64,000 nt of DNA from a virus. Where the stretch lies: IMG/VR virus record IMGVR_UViG_3300034190_002630, one strand, 5' to 3'. The notes beneath the pieces are model-generated. The model did no database searches. It saw nothing but the letters and a program-made list of their open reading frames with translations, and was not told where the DNA came from. This document shows, piece after piece, positions 9,468 to 19,327 of this stretch. Position numbers and translations under genes: made by a program. Positions within the stretch are counted from its first letter, which is position 1. Each line of letters starts with the position of its first letter.

Positions 9468-9867
9468 TTTTAATAAAGACAATATGCTTGAAGTGACTCT
9501 TAAAGAACCTGATGATTTTTTAAAGGTTAGAGAGACACTATCTAGAATCGGTGTGGCTTCAAGAAAAGAAAAAAAATTATATCAGTCTTGTCATATTCTT
9601 CACAAACAAGGTAAGTATTACATTGTTCACTTCAAAGAACTATTTGCACTTGATGGTAAAGAAACAAACTTAACAGAGAATGATATAGGAAGAAGAAACA
9701 GAATTGCTAGTCTATTGAAAGATTGGGGTTTGATTAATATCAGTAGTGAAGTACAAAACATGTCACCACTTAGTCAAATCAAAATTATAAGTTTCAAAGA
9801 AAAGTCTGAATGGACTTTAGAAACAAAATATAATATTGGAAAGACTAAAGATGAGAACAGTATATGA
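9454..9867 (+). CDS. regA: Translational repressor RegA
   Basis: PDDFLKVRETLSRIG, LYQSCHILHKQG.YYIVHFKELF. Confidence 0.97.
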   Translation: MENVSFNKDNMLEVTLKEPDDFLKVRETLSRIGVASRKEKKLYQSCHILHKQGKYYIVHFKELFALDGKETNLTENDIGRRNRIASLLKDWGLINISSEVQNMSPLSQIKIISFKEKSEWTLETKYNIGKTKDENSI

Positions 9868-11032
9868 TGAATGGACAAGGTTACAAAAAGTAATCATTGG
9901 TCGATCATTTGATCTAAGTAATTTTAATATAGATTATAAAAATAAAATATTATTTAATTATGATAAGACAATATCAGAAAGACATCAACACTTTTCAAAT
10001 ATAGAATATGACGGTAATAGAACTACAACTGATAGTTTACTAGATTTAGTTGAGGGTAATTTATCAGGTTTAAAAAAAATACATGATGAAACTAATGAAG
10101 ACTTAGATGTATTAGCAGACATATGTAAACAGTTTGGTACGTTTGTTGTAAGACCAGATATATTATATCCAATAGAAACTGAGTGGCGTCATCCCATGCA
10201 AGTTAGAGATACGATTGGTAAAATAGGTGATACAGTCTTTGAGGTTTACACTTCATCTTGGGATAGGATGTATGAAAATCTAAACTGTAGAAATATTTTG
10301 ATAGATGAATTTGAAGAGGGTGCTAGATATATTTCGATGCCATTTCCCATATATGAAAGAAAACCAACAAATACTATAGATGATATTGATATAAAAAATG
10401 AGATATCCAATAAAGAAATACAATCATATGATAATCAAGGACAAATATTAGGTGATACAGCTGCATTTATGAAATGTGGAAAACATATTTTTCATACTCA
10501 TTCAAATCCAAAAACAAAACTAAAAAAACAACATTCTCATATTAGTATGACTAATAATGGTAGAGAGTGGTGGAAGAGAGAGTTTCCAAGACATGAATTT
10601 GTGGAAATGAACGCATATGGTCACGTTGACGGAAAGATTTCTATTCTAAGACCAGGTTTAGTATTGGCATGGAATAAAGATCACATACCAGAGATTATGA
10701 AAGATTGGGATGTAATATTGATTGAAAATAAAGCAACATATTCTGGCAAACAAATAAAAGATTTATGTGAGGAAAGAGGTGTTAAAAATTATCCATGGCA
10801 CCATCTATTAGGTGTATCACAAGAAACAAGGTTTGATGCAAACTGTTTATCACTTGATGAAAATACAGTGATCACATCTGGTTATGATAAAGATTTATCA
10901 GATAAATTAAAAAAGTATAACATTGAAATGATACCTTGGGTTAATCGTTGGAACTTTCTTTGGTCTGGTGGTGCTCATTGTTGTTCTGTTGACTTGGCAA
11001 GAGAAGGAAAACTTATTGACTATTTTTCATAA
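9851..11032 (+). CDS. Amidinotransferase (glycine/inosamine amidinotransferase family)
   Basis: EW..L..VIIG N-terminus, RD, GHVDG.I..LRPGL, C-terminal GGAHC..VD..R with catalytic His and Cys. Confidence 0.85.
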   Translation: MRTVYDEWTRLQKVIIGRSFDLSNFNIDYKNKILFNYDKTISERHQHFSNIEYDGNRTTTDSLLDLVEGNLSGLKKIHDETNEDLDVLADICKQFGTFVVRPDILYPIETEWRHPMQVRDTIGKIGDTVFEVYTSSWDRMYENLNCRNILIDEFEEGARYISMPFPIYERKPTNTIDDIDIKNEISNKEIQSYDNQGQILGDTAAFMKCGKHIFHTHSNPKTKLKKQHSHISMTNNGREWWKREFPRHEFVEMNAYGHVDGKISILRPGLVLAWNKDHIPEIMKDWDVILIENKATYSGKQIKDLCEERGVKNYPWHHLLGVSQETRFDANCLSLDENTVITSGYDKDLSDKLKKYNIEMIPWVNRWNFLWSGGAHCCSVDLAREGKLIDYFS

Positions 11033-11044
11033 TTATGGTATAAT
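11016..11044 (+). promoter_or_regulatory. Sigma70-type promoter for DNA polymerase (probably leaderless transcript)
   Basis: TTGACT-17 bp-TATAAT with extended TG; ATG begins 7 nt after the -10 box; no SD. Confidence 0.8.
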
Positions 11045-11050
11045 ATCCAC

Positions 11051-13525
11051 ATGAGGTTTTATACAAACATTTCTCAATGGGGAAATAATTTATTATTACG
11101 TGAAGTCATAGATGGTAAGAGAGTAAATCGAAAAGTAAAATATTCGCCAACTCTGTATTGTCCTGTGATGCGTGAGACAAATTTTAAAACTTTAGAAGGT
11201 AAGTATGTTACGCCTATAAAACATCAAACAATGAGAGATGCCAAAGAGTGGGTTGAACAATATAAAGAACAACCACATTTATTATATGGTAATACGCAAT
11301 ATCAATATTCTTTTTTATATGAAAACTATCCAAACTTAGAATGGTCATTAGATGATGTATTGATCGCAACGATTGATATTGAAGTTGCTTGTGAAAATGG
11401 TTTTCCTAATCCACAAGATGCTATTGAACCTTTACTTTCTATCACTGTAAAAAATCATGCTAATAAACAAATATTTGTTTGGGGTGTTGGTGAGTACAAA
11501 ACAACTCGACCAGACGTTGCTTATGTCAATTGTGAAAATGAAAAAGAACTTATCTATGAGTTTTTAAAGTTCTGGCAAATGAACCAACCTGATGTTATCA
11601 CTGGTTGGAATACAGAATTTTTTGACATACCATATCTTTGTAATAGAATAAAAAAACTTTGTGGTGAAGATGACTTAAAAAAATTATCACCATGGAAATC
11701 TGTTTCATCAAAAAACATTTACTCAATGGGTCGAAGTCACCAAGTTTGGGATATACAAGGTATCGCTGCTTTAGATTATTATGATTTGTATCGAAAGTTT
11801 ACATATACAAATCAAGAGTCATATCGTTTAGATCATATCGCATACGTAGAACTAGGTGAAAGAAAAGACGGAAATCCTTATGATACTTTTAGAGATTGGT
11901 ACACAAATGATTTTCAATCTTTCATTGACTATAATATAACAGATGTTGAGATTGTTGATAAACTTGAAGAGAAAATGAAACTTATCGACTTGTGTTTGAC
12001 AATGGCCTACGAGGCAAAGGTTAATTATACAGATGTTTTAGGATCAGTTAAGTATTGGGATATTTTAATACACAACTATTTAATGGATAAAGGTATTGTT
12101 GTTCCACAAAAAGTAGAAAGAGAAAAGTCTGAGAAGTATGAAGGTGCATATGTAAAAGATCCACAGACAGGTATGCATGAATGGGTATTGTCTTTTGATT
12201 TAAATTCACTATATCCACATTTAATTATGCAATATAATATTTCACCTGAAACAATGAAAAGTGAACAGACAGTTCCTAATATGTCGGTTGATAAACTATT
12301 AGATAAACAAATAGACACATCTGTTTTAAAAAACACAACTATGACACCAAATGGTGCTTTATTTCGCACTGACAAAAAAGGATTCTTGCCTGAGATGATG
12401 CAAAAAATGTATGATGATAGAGTTAGATATAAAAAGGCAATGTTAGAGGCAAAACAAAATCTTGTTAACACAAAAGATAAAAAGTATGAAAAACAAATTT
12501 CTACGTTTAATAATATACAAATGGCAAAAAAGATTGCACTTAACTCAGCATATGGTGCTATTGGAAACAATTGGTTTAGATATTATTCACACACAATGGC
12601 AGAAGCGATTACTACATCTGGTCAATTATCTATTCGTTGGATTGAAAAAAAGATAAACAGTTATATGAATGGATTACTAAAAACTAAAGATAAAGATTAT
12701 GTTATTGCATCTGACACTGACTCTGTTTATATTACATTTGATGAACTAATTAAAAAACTTAATCCAAAATATCCTATTGACTTCCTTGATACAATTGCAA
12801 AAGAAAAGGTTGAACCTTTCATTGATCAATCATATCAAGAACTTGCAAACTATCTACATGCATATGAACAAAAGATGCAAATGAAAAGAGAAGTGATTGC
12901 AGATAAAGGTATTTGGACTGCAAAGAAAAGATATATTTTAAACGCATACGATATTGAAGGTGTTAGATATAAAGAACCAACATTGAAGATTATGGGTATC
13001 GAAGCAGTGAAGTCATCAACACCTGCACCATGTCGTGAAAAAATTAAAGAGGCTTTGAAGATTATGATGTCTGGTGATGAAAAAGAACTAAATAAATTTA
13101 TACAAAATTTTCGTGAAGAGTTTCTTACACTTCCACCAGAAGACATTGCATATCCAAGAAGTGTAAATGGTTTGAACAAATGGTCTGAGACACATACATT
13201 ATTTAAGAAAGGTGCTCCGATACATGTCAAAGGTGGAATATTATATAATCATTTAGTAAAGAAAAATAAACTTACAAGATACTATCCTTTAATACAAGAA
13301 GGTGATAAGATAAAGTTTTTATATTTAAAACTTCCTAACATTTATCAATCATCATCTATATCATTTATTACAACACTTCCAAAACAACTTGACTTTAAAG
13401 TTGATTGTGAATTACAGTTTGAAAAGTCATTTATTGAACCACTTAATTTTATTATTGAAAAGATTGGATGGTTTGTTGATAGAACTTATGGAACACAAGG
13501 AACACTAGAAGATTTTTTTGCATGA
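11051..13525 (+). CDS. gp43: Family B DNA polymerase (T4 gp43)
   Basis: DIE exonuclease motif, SFDLNSLYP, K..LNSAYG, SDTDS. Confidence 0.98.
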   Translation: MRFYTNISQWGNNLLLREVIDGKRVNRKVKYSPTLYCPVMRETNFKTLEGKYVTPIKHQTMRDAKEWVEQYKEQPHLLYGNTQYQYSFLYENYPNLEWSLDDVLIATIDIEVACENGFPNPQDAIEPLLSITVKNHANKQIFVWGVGEYKTTRPDVAYVNCENEKELIYEFLKFWQMNQPDVITGWNTEFFDIPYLCNRIKKLCGEDDLKKLSPWKSVSSKNIYSMGRSHQVWDIQGIAALDYYDLYRKFTYTNQESYRLDHIAYVELGERKDGNPYDTFRDWYTNDFQSFIDYNITDVEIVDKLEEKMKLIDLCLTMAYEAKVNYTDVLGSVKYWDILIHNYLMDKGIVVPQKVEREKSEKYEGAYVKDPQTGMHEWVLSFDLNSLYPHLIMQYNISPETMKSEQTVPNMSVDKLLDKQIDTSVLKNTTMTPNGALFRTDKKGFLPEMMQKMYDDRVRYKKAMLEAKQNLVNTKDKKYEKQISTFNNIQMAKKIALNSAYGAIGNNWFRYYSHTMAEAITTSGQLSIRWIEKKINSYMNGLLKTKDKDYVIASDTDSVYITFDELIKKLNPKYPIDFLDTIAKEKVEPFIDQSYQELANYLHAYEQKMQMKREVIADKGIWTAKKRYILNAYDIEGVRYKEPTLKIMGIEAVKSSTPAPCREKIKEALKIMMSGDEKELNKFIQNFREEFLTLPPEDIAYPRSVNGLNKWSETHTLFKKGAPIHVKGGILYNHLVKKNKLTRYYPLIQEGDKIKFLYLKLPNIYQSSSISFITTLPKQLDFKVDCELQFEKSFIEPLNFIIEKIGWFVDRTYGTQGTLEDFFA

Positions 13526-14343
13526 TACACAAATTACTAGAAACAATAATAACAAAGGAGTCACAAAATGAAACTGAAGTTGCTATTCTCTTATCTGGCG
13601 GCGTTGACAGTAACACTTGCTTATTTACTTCTAACCGTCTCGGTTTAAAAGTACATGGATATTCTTTTTATATAAAAGATAATCCTACTTACGACTCACT
13701 AAAAGCACAAGAGGTATGTGAGAAGTTTGGATTTAATTTTACAAGTATTGAGGTGCCGACTGAAAATTTAGTCGAGGACTTTAAAACGTTGGCACACAAA
13801 TATAGTTGTAAAAAGAAAGTTCAGTTTGAATGCACTTGGCCATTCATGTACATGTATCCTAAGATAAAAGAGAAAGTTATTATATCTGGTGTTGCCGCAG
13901 ACGGACATTATGGTCTAAGTAAAAAAGCAATGATACACTTCAAACACACAAAACAAAAGTTTGATAAGTTTAGAACAGATTATTTTTCATCTGATAATCC
14001 AGCAGGTGTCAGACAACTTGAAATGTTAAGTAAAGAATATGATAAAATACTGATTGCACCCTATTTGAATAAAGATGTATTTAATTATTTTATACAGTTT
14101 GATTGGGATCAGATTAATAAACCATATGAAAAACATTTAATCAGACAACATTTTCATGAGTTTGATGAACTTAAACTTAAAAAACATCTTAATTTACAAC
14201 TTGTGGCAGAAATACCAACTATATTTGAGAATCTTCTTGACAATAAAGAGATAAACATATATGATAGGAAAAGAATTATGGATGTGTGTCGTGACTGGTC
14301 AAAAATAGTTGACAGTAAAGGCACTTTGGAAAACTTTATATGA
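13522..14343 (+). CDS. Asparagine-synthase C-terminal-like ATP-dependent amide ligase (no glutaminase domain)
   Basis: PP-loop LLSGGVDS, SG..AD.HYG, PYL, EK..IR motifs; overlapping gp43 and the MTase gene. Confidence 0.75.
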   Translation: MIHKLLETIITKESQNETEVAILLSGGVDSNTCLFTSNRLGLKVHGYSFYIKDNPTYDSLKAQEVCEKFGFNFTSIEVPTENLVEDFKTLAHKYSCKKKVQFECTWPFMYMYPKIKEKVIISGVAADGHYGLSKKAMIHFKHTKQKFDKFRTDYFSSDNPAGVRQLEMLSKEYDKILIAPYLNKDVFNYFIQFDWDQINKPYEKHLIRQHFHEFDELKLKKHLNLQLVAEIPTIFENLLDNKEINIYDRKRIMDVCRDWSKIVDSKGTLENFI

Positions 14344-15476
14344 AATACAAACCCTACTTAATGAAAGACGTATTAGACGGAGAGGCACAAGAAAAGTTTC
14401 GTGTTATATCTACTTTCGCAGGTGGTGGTGGAAGTTCTACAGGTTATCGTCTTGCAGGTGGAAAAATACTTGCAATAAATGAGTTTGTTGAAGAAGCAAG
14501 AAATACTTACAGAGATAATTATCCAAACACACCTATTCTTGATGGTGATATCAAAGAACTAGAGGGAAAAGATTTTTTAGAGATTGCAAATATAAAAGAA
14601 GGTGAACTTGAATTATTAGACGGATCGCCTCCATGTTCAGCATTTAGTATGTGTGGAACATTGGCAAGAGAAGGAACAGTTCATAGTGACGGATTTGGTA
14701 AAACTAAATCTTACTCAGACGGAAAGATAGTTACGAATATTGAAGACTTATTCTTTGAATTTTTAAGAGTCGCAGATAAGATTAGACCAAAGACTATCAT
14801 CGCAGAGAATGTTGAAGGTCTTACAGTTGGAGAAGCAAAACAATATTTTAATAAAATACAAAATACATTTGAGGATATTGGATATCAAGTAGTTGCAAAA
14901 GTACATGATTGTTCACAGTTTGGAGTTCCACAAAGAAGACGAAGAGTTTTCTTTATGGCAGTTAGAGATGACATTATGGATCAAGTTGGTTTGAATTTTA
15001 TGACTCTATCATCAATATTTCCAAAAGAAAATAAAACAATTACTACTTTACAAGGTGCATTTGATGATTTAGATTATGATCAAGATGAAGTTGAAATGCT
15101 TACTACAAAATGGAAAGAGACAGCATACTATAAACAAACATGCGTATTAATGCCAAGAAACCCAGATAAAGTAATTACAGGAACAGACTATCATCCAAAA
15201 GGATGGCATTTTAATTTAAAGATTGCATCTGAGTTTCAACCTTCACCAACAATTACAGCAATGGGTGCTACAGAAAAAACTGCTGGAGTGTGTCATTGGG
15301 AAGAAGACAGAAAATTTACTTTAGGTGAATTAAAAAGAGTGACATCATTACCTGATGATTTTAAGTTAACAGGAAAATGGGCACAAAGAGCAGAACGATG
15401 TGGACGTATGGTGCCATCATTAATGATGAAAGCACTTGCAGAATCCATGTACAATAATGTATTAAGGAATATATAA
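14340..15476 (+). CDS. C5-cytosine DNA methyltransferase homolog, probable carboxymethyltransferase
   Basis: FAGGGG (motif I), GSPPC (IV), ENV (VI), PQRRRR (VIII); motif X reads GRMV rather than GNxV. Confidence 0.85.
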   Translation: MKYKPYLMKDVLDGEAQEKFRVISTFAGGGGSSTGYRLAGGKILAINEFVEEARNTYRDNYPNTPILDGDIKELEGKDFLEIANIKEGELELLDGSPPCSAFSMCGTLAREGTVHSDGFGKTKSYSDGKIVTNIEDLFFEFLRVADKIRPKTIIAENVEGLTVGEAKQYFNKIQNTFEDIGYQVVAKVHDCSQFGVPQRRRRVFFMAVRDDIMDQVGLNFMTLSSIFPKENKTITTLQGAFDDLDYDQDEVEMLTTKWKETAYYKQTCVLMPRNPDKVITGTDYHPKGWHFNLKIASEFQPSPTITAMGATEKTAGVCHWEEDRKFTLGELKRVTSLPDDFKLTGKWAQRAERCGRMVPSLMMKALAESMYNNVLRNI

Positions 15477-16183
15477 TGAACGATTTTACTTTTGCACATA
15501 GAGAAGAAGGATTTGACAATCATATTGATCAATCTATTCGAGGTTATAGAGATTTACTCAACGATGTAGTTTCTTTTTCAAGATACTTCGTTGAAGAACA
15601 CACCACAGTCTTAGACATAGGTTGTTCTACAGGAAAACTAACAAAACGAATTATGCAAGAAAATGTAAAACACAAACCATTTGTTTGTTATGAGGGTGTT
15701 GAGTATGCTGAAGGATTTAAGGAAGACTTAGATAAAAGACTAAGAGAATTAAATTCGATGTTTCCCGATATGGATAATTTAGTTAGTTTTCTACAAAAAG
15801 ACATTAGAGAATACAGATGGCGACCAGAAGTTAACTCTTTTGTTACATCAATTTTTACTTTACAATTTATGCCAAAAAAAGACAGAGCAGATTTGTTAAG
15901 AGAAATATATCATAGTTTAATACCTGGTGGTGCATTTGTATTTTCTGAAAAAGTCTTTTCTGAGAATGCACATATTCAAGACATGATGACTTTCATGTAC
16001 TATGATCACAAAAGAGAACACTTTGATGACAAAGATATTCTTGATAAAGAAAAGACACTAAGACACATGTTGAAACCTAACACATGGCCAGAATTGAAAG
16101 ATCATTTAGAAAAAGCAGGTTTCATAGACGTACAAGTGTTTTGGCGTAATCACAATTTTATAGGAGCAATAGCAATAAAATGA
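15476..16183 (+). CDS. cmoA: CmoA-like carboxy-S-adenosylmethionine synthase
   Basis: [30 protein letters not shown]...NF motifs typical of CmoA. Confidence 0.8.
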   Translation: MNDFTFAHREEGFDNHIDQSIRGYRDLLNDVVSFSRYFVEEHTTVLDIGCSTGKLTKRIMQENVKHKPFVCYEGVEYAEGFKEDLDKRLRELNSMFPDMDNLVSFLQKDIREYRWRPEVNSFVTSIFTLQFMPKKDRADLLREIYHSLIPGGAFVFSEKVFSENAHIQDMMTFMYYDHKREHFDDKDILDKEKTLRHMLKPNTWPELKDHLEKAGFIDVQVFWRNHNFIGAIAIK

Positions 16184-17208
16184 CAAACGATTTTCTTAAA
16201 GATATAATTAAAACAACTGGCAATGAATATGCTAATCTAGTGGAAGACGGAGTTGAATCAGGTGATGTTGAAAACTTTATCGACACAGGTTCTTATATTT
16301 TAAATGGAATGTTAAGTGGTTCACTCTATGGTGGACTTCCACAGAATAAAATAACAGCACTTGCAGGTGAATCTGCAACAGGTAAAACATTTTTTCTTAT
16401 GGGAATGTGTAAACACTTTTTAGATGCAAACCCAGATGGTGGTATTGTTTACTTTGAGTCAGAATCAGCAGTAACTAAAAAAATGATCGTTGATAGAGGT
16501 ATTGATGCATCAAGAATGGTAGTCTTACCTGTTTCAACTGTACAAGAGTTTAGAACACAGGCAATAAAAGTTCTTGATAGATACATGCAACAAGACGTTG
16601 ATATTAGAAGACCAATGTTTATGTGTCTTGATTCTCTAGGTATGTTATCTACAACTAAAGAAGTTGAAGATACAGCAGAGGGAAAAGAAACAAGAGATAT
16701 GACAAGAGCTCAAGTTCTAAAGGCTGCATTTAGAATACTTACACTTAAATTAGGAAAAGCAAAAGTTCCTATGGTCGTCACTAATCATACTTATGATGTT
16801 GTTGGATCATATATTCCAATGAAAGAAATGGGTGGTGGTAGTGGACTTAAATATGCCGCAAGTAGTATTGTTTATCTAAGTAAGAAAAAAGAAAAAGACG
16901 GAACTGAAGTTATTGGTAATATTATCAAAGCAAAAAATCAAAAGTCTAGACTAACAAAAGAAAACTCAGATTGTGAAGTTAGATTAACATACAATAAAGG
17001 ACTTGACAAATATTATGGATTACTTCAACTTGCTGAAAAATATGATATATTTAAAAAAGTATCTACGAAGTTTGAATTACCAGATGGTCGAAAAGTATTT
17101 GGTAAAACTATAAATGATGATCCACAGTCATACTTCACAGATGAAGTTATGGAAAAACTAGAAGAAGCGGCAATGAAAGAATACTCATATGGAGGCAACA
17201 ATGAGTGA
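16180..17208 (+). CDS. uvsX: UvsX RecA-like recombinase
   Basis: [37 protein letters not shown]. Confidence 0.95.
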   Translation: MTNDFLKDIIKTTGNEYANLVEDGVESGDVENFIDTGSYILNGMLSGSLYGGLPQNKITALAGESATGKTFFLMGMCKHFLDANPDGGIVYFESESAVTKKMIVDRGIDASRMVVLPVSTVQEFRTQAIKVLDRYMQQDVDIRRPMFMCLDSLGMLSTTKEVEDTAEGKETRDMTRAQVLKAAFRILTLKLGKAKVPMVVTNHTYDVVGSYIPMKEMGGGSGLKYAASSIVYLSKKKEKDGTEVIGNIIKAKNQKSRLTKENSDCEVRLTYNKGLDKYYGLLQLAEKYDIFKKVSTKFELPDGRKVFGKTINDDPQSYFTDEVMEKLEEAAMKEYSYGGNNE

Positions 17209-17485
17209 AATGAAACAAGGTGATTTAGTATCTGTTTTAACGCCACATGGTGAATTTGTTGGAAGACTAGAAAAAAATGATGATACAGGCGTACATCTAA
17301 GTAATCCAAAAATGATGGTTAGCACTAAAGAAGGAAACATGGGTTTTGCAAGAGGTGTTTGTATGACAGGTGAGGAAAATCCTAAATCAATAATTTTTAG
17401 AAGTGGTGGTATTATATTAGTCACACCATCAAATCAAAATATAAACAAAGCATATACTGAAGTTGTAAGTGGATTAGTCACTTGA
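17201..17485 (+). CDS. Hypothetical protein (Sm-like beta fold possible)
   Basis: GGAGG RBS before ATG 17201; in operon. Confidence 0.6.
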   Translation: MSEMKQGDLVSVLTPHGEFVGRLEKNDDTGVHLSNPKMMVSTKEGNMGFARGVCMTGEENPKSIIFRSGGIILVTPSNQNINKAYTEVVSGLVT

Positions 17486-17772
17486 CAAAAAAGAAATTCA
17501 GTTATATCGAATCAGCAAACTACCCAGATCAAACTTGCATAGGGATCAACGAGGGAGAGTTTGCTGGTGTAATTTATAAATATGGTAAAGTCACACCAAT
17601 AGAAAAAGATGATAAATTGACAATGCAATTTGAATATGATATTATAGAAAACAATGCAATACCTAGAGAAAAGTTTGGCGATAATTTTTTTAATTTAATA
17701 GGTGATATACTAATGGATATACTTGATGAAAAATATAACACTAACGATACTAGAAAACTTAGTAGCAAATGA
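17482..17772 (+). CDS. Hypothetical protein upstream of helicase
   Basis: TTG start overlapping previous stop; G.F.GVIYKYG.V pattern. Confidence 0.6.
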   Translation: MTKKKFSYIESANYPDQTCIGINEGEFAGVIYKYGKVTPIEKDDKLTMQFEYDIIENNAIPREKFGDNFFNLIGDILMDILDEKYNTNDTRKLSSK

Positions 17773-19114
17773 AGAATATGCTAGAAAAGTTTTACCATTT
17801 TTAAAAGAAGAATACTTTCAAGATAGAAATCAAAGAATCGTATTCAAAGAGATAAGTTCTTTTGCGTTAAAGTATTCAAAACTTCCAACAAAAACATCTT
17901 TGGAAGTTGAACTTGATAACCGAAAAGATTTAACTGAACAACAATATAAAGACATAACAAATATTGTTAGCAACTTTACAGATGATGCAGTTGATATAGA
18001 GTGGTTAACTGATACTACCGAAACATTCTGTAAAGATAGGGCAATCTATAATGCCGTCGTGGACGGAATCTCTATTATTGAAGGTAGAGATTCCACACGT
18101 AAACCTGATGCACTTCCAAGTCTTTTGACAGATGCATTATCTGTTTCTTTTGATAATAGAGTTGGTCATGATTATATAGAGGATGCGTCAGATAGATTTG
18201 AATACTTACATCGTAAAGAAGAACGTATTCCATTTGACTTAGAATATTTCAATAAAATTACAAAAGGTGGACTCCCACAAAAAACATTAAACATTGCACT
18301 TGCTGGAACTGGTGTCGGTAAATCTTTGTTCATGTGTCACATGGCTGCAAACTGCATAAATCAAGGACGAAATGTTCTTTACATTACACTAGAAATGGCA
18401 GAGGAAAGAATCGCAGAAAGAATAGATGCGAATCTTATGAATGTAAGTATGGATGCACTTCAAGATTTACCTAAACCAATGTACGATGATAAGATCGAAA
18501 AGATCATGAACAAAGTAAAAGGTAAACTGATTATAAAAGAATATCCAACAGCATCAGCACATACTAATCACTTTCGTTCATTACTACAAGAACTATCAAT
18601 CAAAAAAAGTTTTAAACCAGAGATAATCTTTGTAGATTACTTAAATATATGTGCTTCAAGTCGTTTTAAAGGGGGCTCAAACATTAATTCATATACACTA
18701 ATCAAATCTATCGCAGAGGAATTAAGGGGTCTAGCAGTCGAAAATAACGTGCCTATCGTGTCTGCTACACAGACAACTAGAGGTGGATATGTATCAACGG
18801 ATATAGGACTTGAGGATACATCTGAGTCATTTGGATTGCCTGCAACAGCAGATTTTATGTTTGCATTAATTACCTCTGAAGAATTAGAAGAACTTCAACA
18901 GATACAAGTTAAACAGTTGAAGAACAGATACAATGACCCAACAATCAACAAAAGATTTATTCTAGGAATTGACAGATCAAAAATGAAACTGTATGATGTA
19001 GAACTAAACGCTCAAGATGATCTAGTTGATAGTGGACAAGAAGACAAAATACCAGCACTAGATAAATCCACTAGTGGTGAAAGATATGCGAAATTTCAAG
19101 AAATTAAAGTCTAG
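17726..19114 (+). CDS. gp41: Replicative DnaB-like helicase (T4 gp41)
   Basis: AGTGVGKS, ITLEMAEE, IIKEYPT, VDYLNI, SESFGLPATAD. Confidence 0.97.
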   Translation: MKNITLTILENLVANEEYARKVLPFLKEEYFQDRNQRIVFKEISSFALKYSKLPTKTSLEVELDNRKDLTEQQYKDITNIVSNFTDDAVDIEWLTDTTETFCKDRAIYNAVVDGISIIEGRDSTRKPDALPSLLTDALSVSFDNRVGHDYIEDASDRFEYLHRKEERIPFDLEYFNKITKGGLPQKTLNIALAGTGVGKSLFMCHMAANCINQGRNVLYITLEMAEERIAERIDANLMNVSMDALQDLPKPMYDDKIEKIMNKVKGKLIIKEYPTASAHTNHFRSLLQELSIKKSFKPEIIFVDYLNICASSRFKGGSNINSYTLIKSIAEELRGLAVENNVPIVSATQTTRGGYVSTDIGLEDTSESFGLPATADFMFALITSEELEELQQIQVKQLKNRYNDPTINKRFILGIDRSKMKLYDVELNAQDDLVDSGQEDKIPALDKSTSGERYAKFQEIKV

Positions 19115-19301
19115 ATATTATGTGGATTTAGATGATTCTAATTTAAATTATCCATATAATTGTATAGATGTAAAGACAAATGAGGTGGTATGGAACTTTG
19201 AATTTGAGGAAGACGCTTTAGAATGGTGTAAGAATCAAAATAAAAAACCAACTTTTGGTAAGGATAGAATACCTCCACATATGAGGATGTATAAAACATA
19301 A
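19086..19301 (+). CDS. Hypothetical protein
   Basis: Short ORF filling the gap after helicase. Confidence 0.5.
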   Translation: MRNFKKLKSRYYVDLDDSNLNYPYNCIDVKTNEVVWNFEFEEDALEWCKNQNKKPTFGKDRIPPHMRMYKT

Positions 19302-19327
19302 ATATATAAGTAATAAATGGGGGAGCG

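Noticed and set aside
14340-15476. Ordinary restriction-modification methyltransferase or R-M system
   Set aside because: No adjacent restriction endonuclease; motif X substitution and flanking cmoA and ligase genes argue for a different chemistry
15476-16183. tRNA cmo5U modification role for the CmoA homolog
   Set aside because: No CmoB or tRNA genes seen in the window; coupling is to a DNA MTase. Cannot exclude genes elsewhere in the genome
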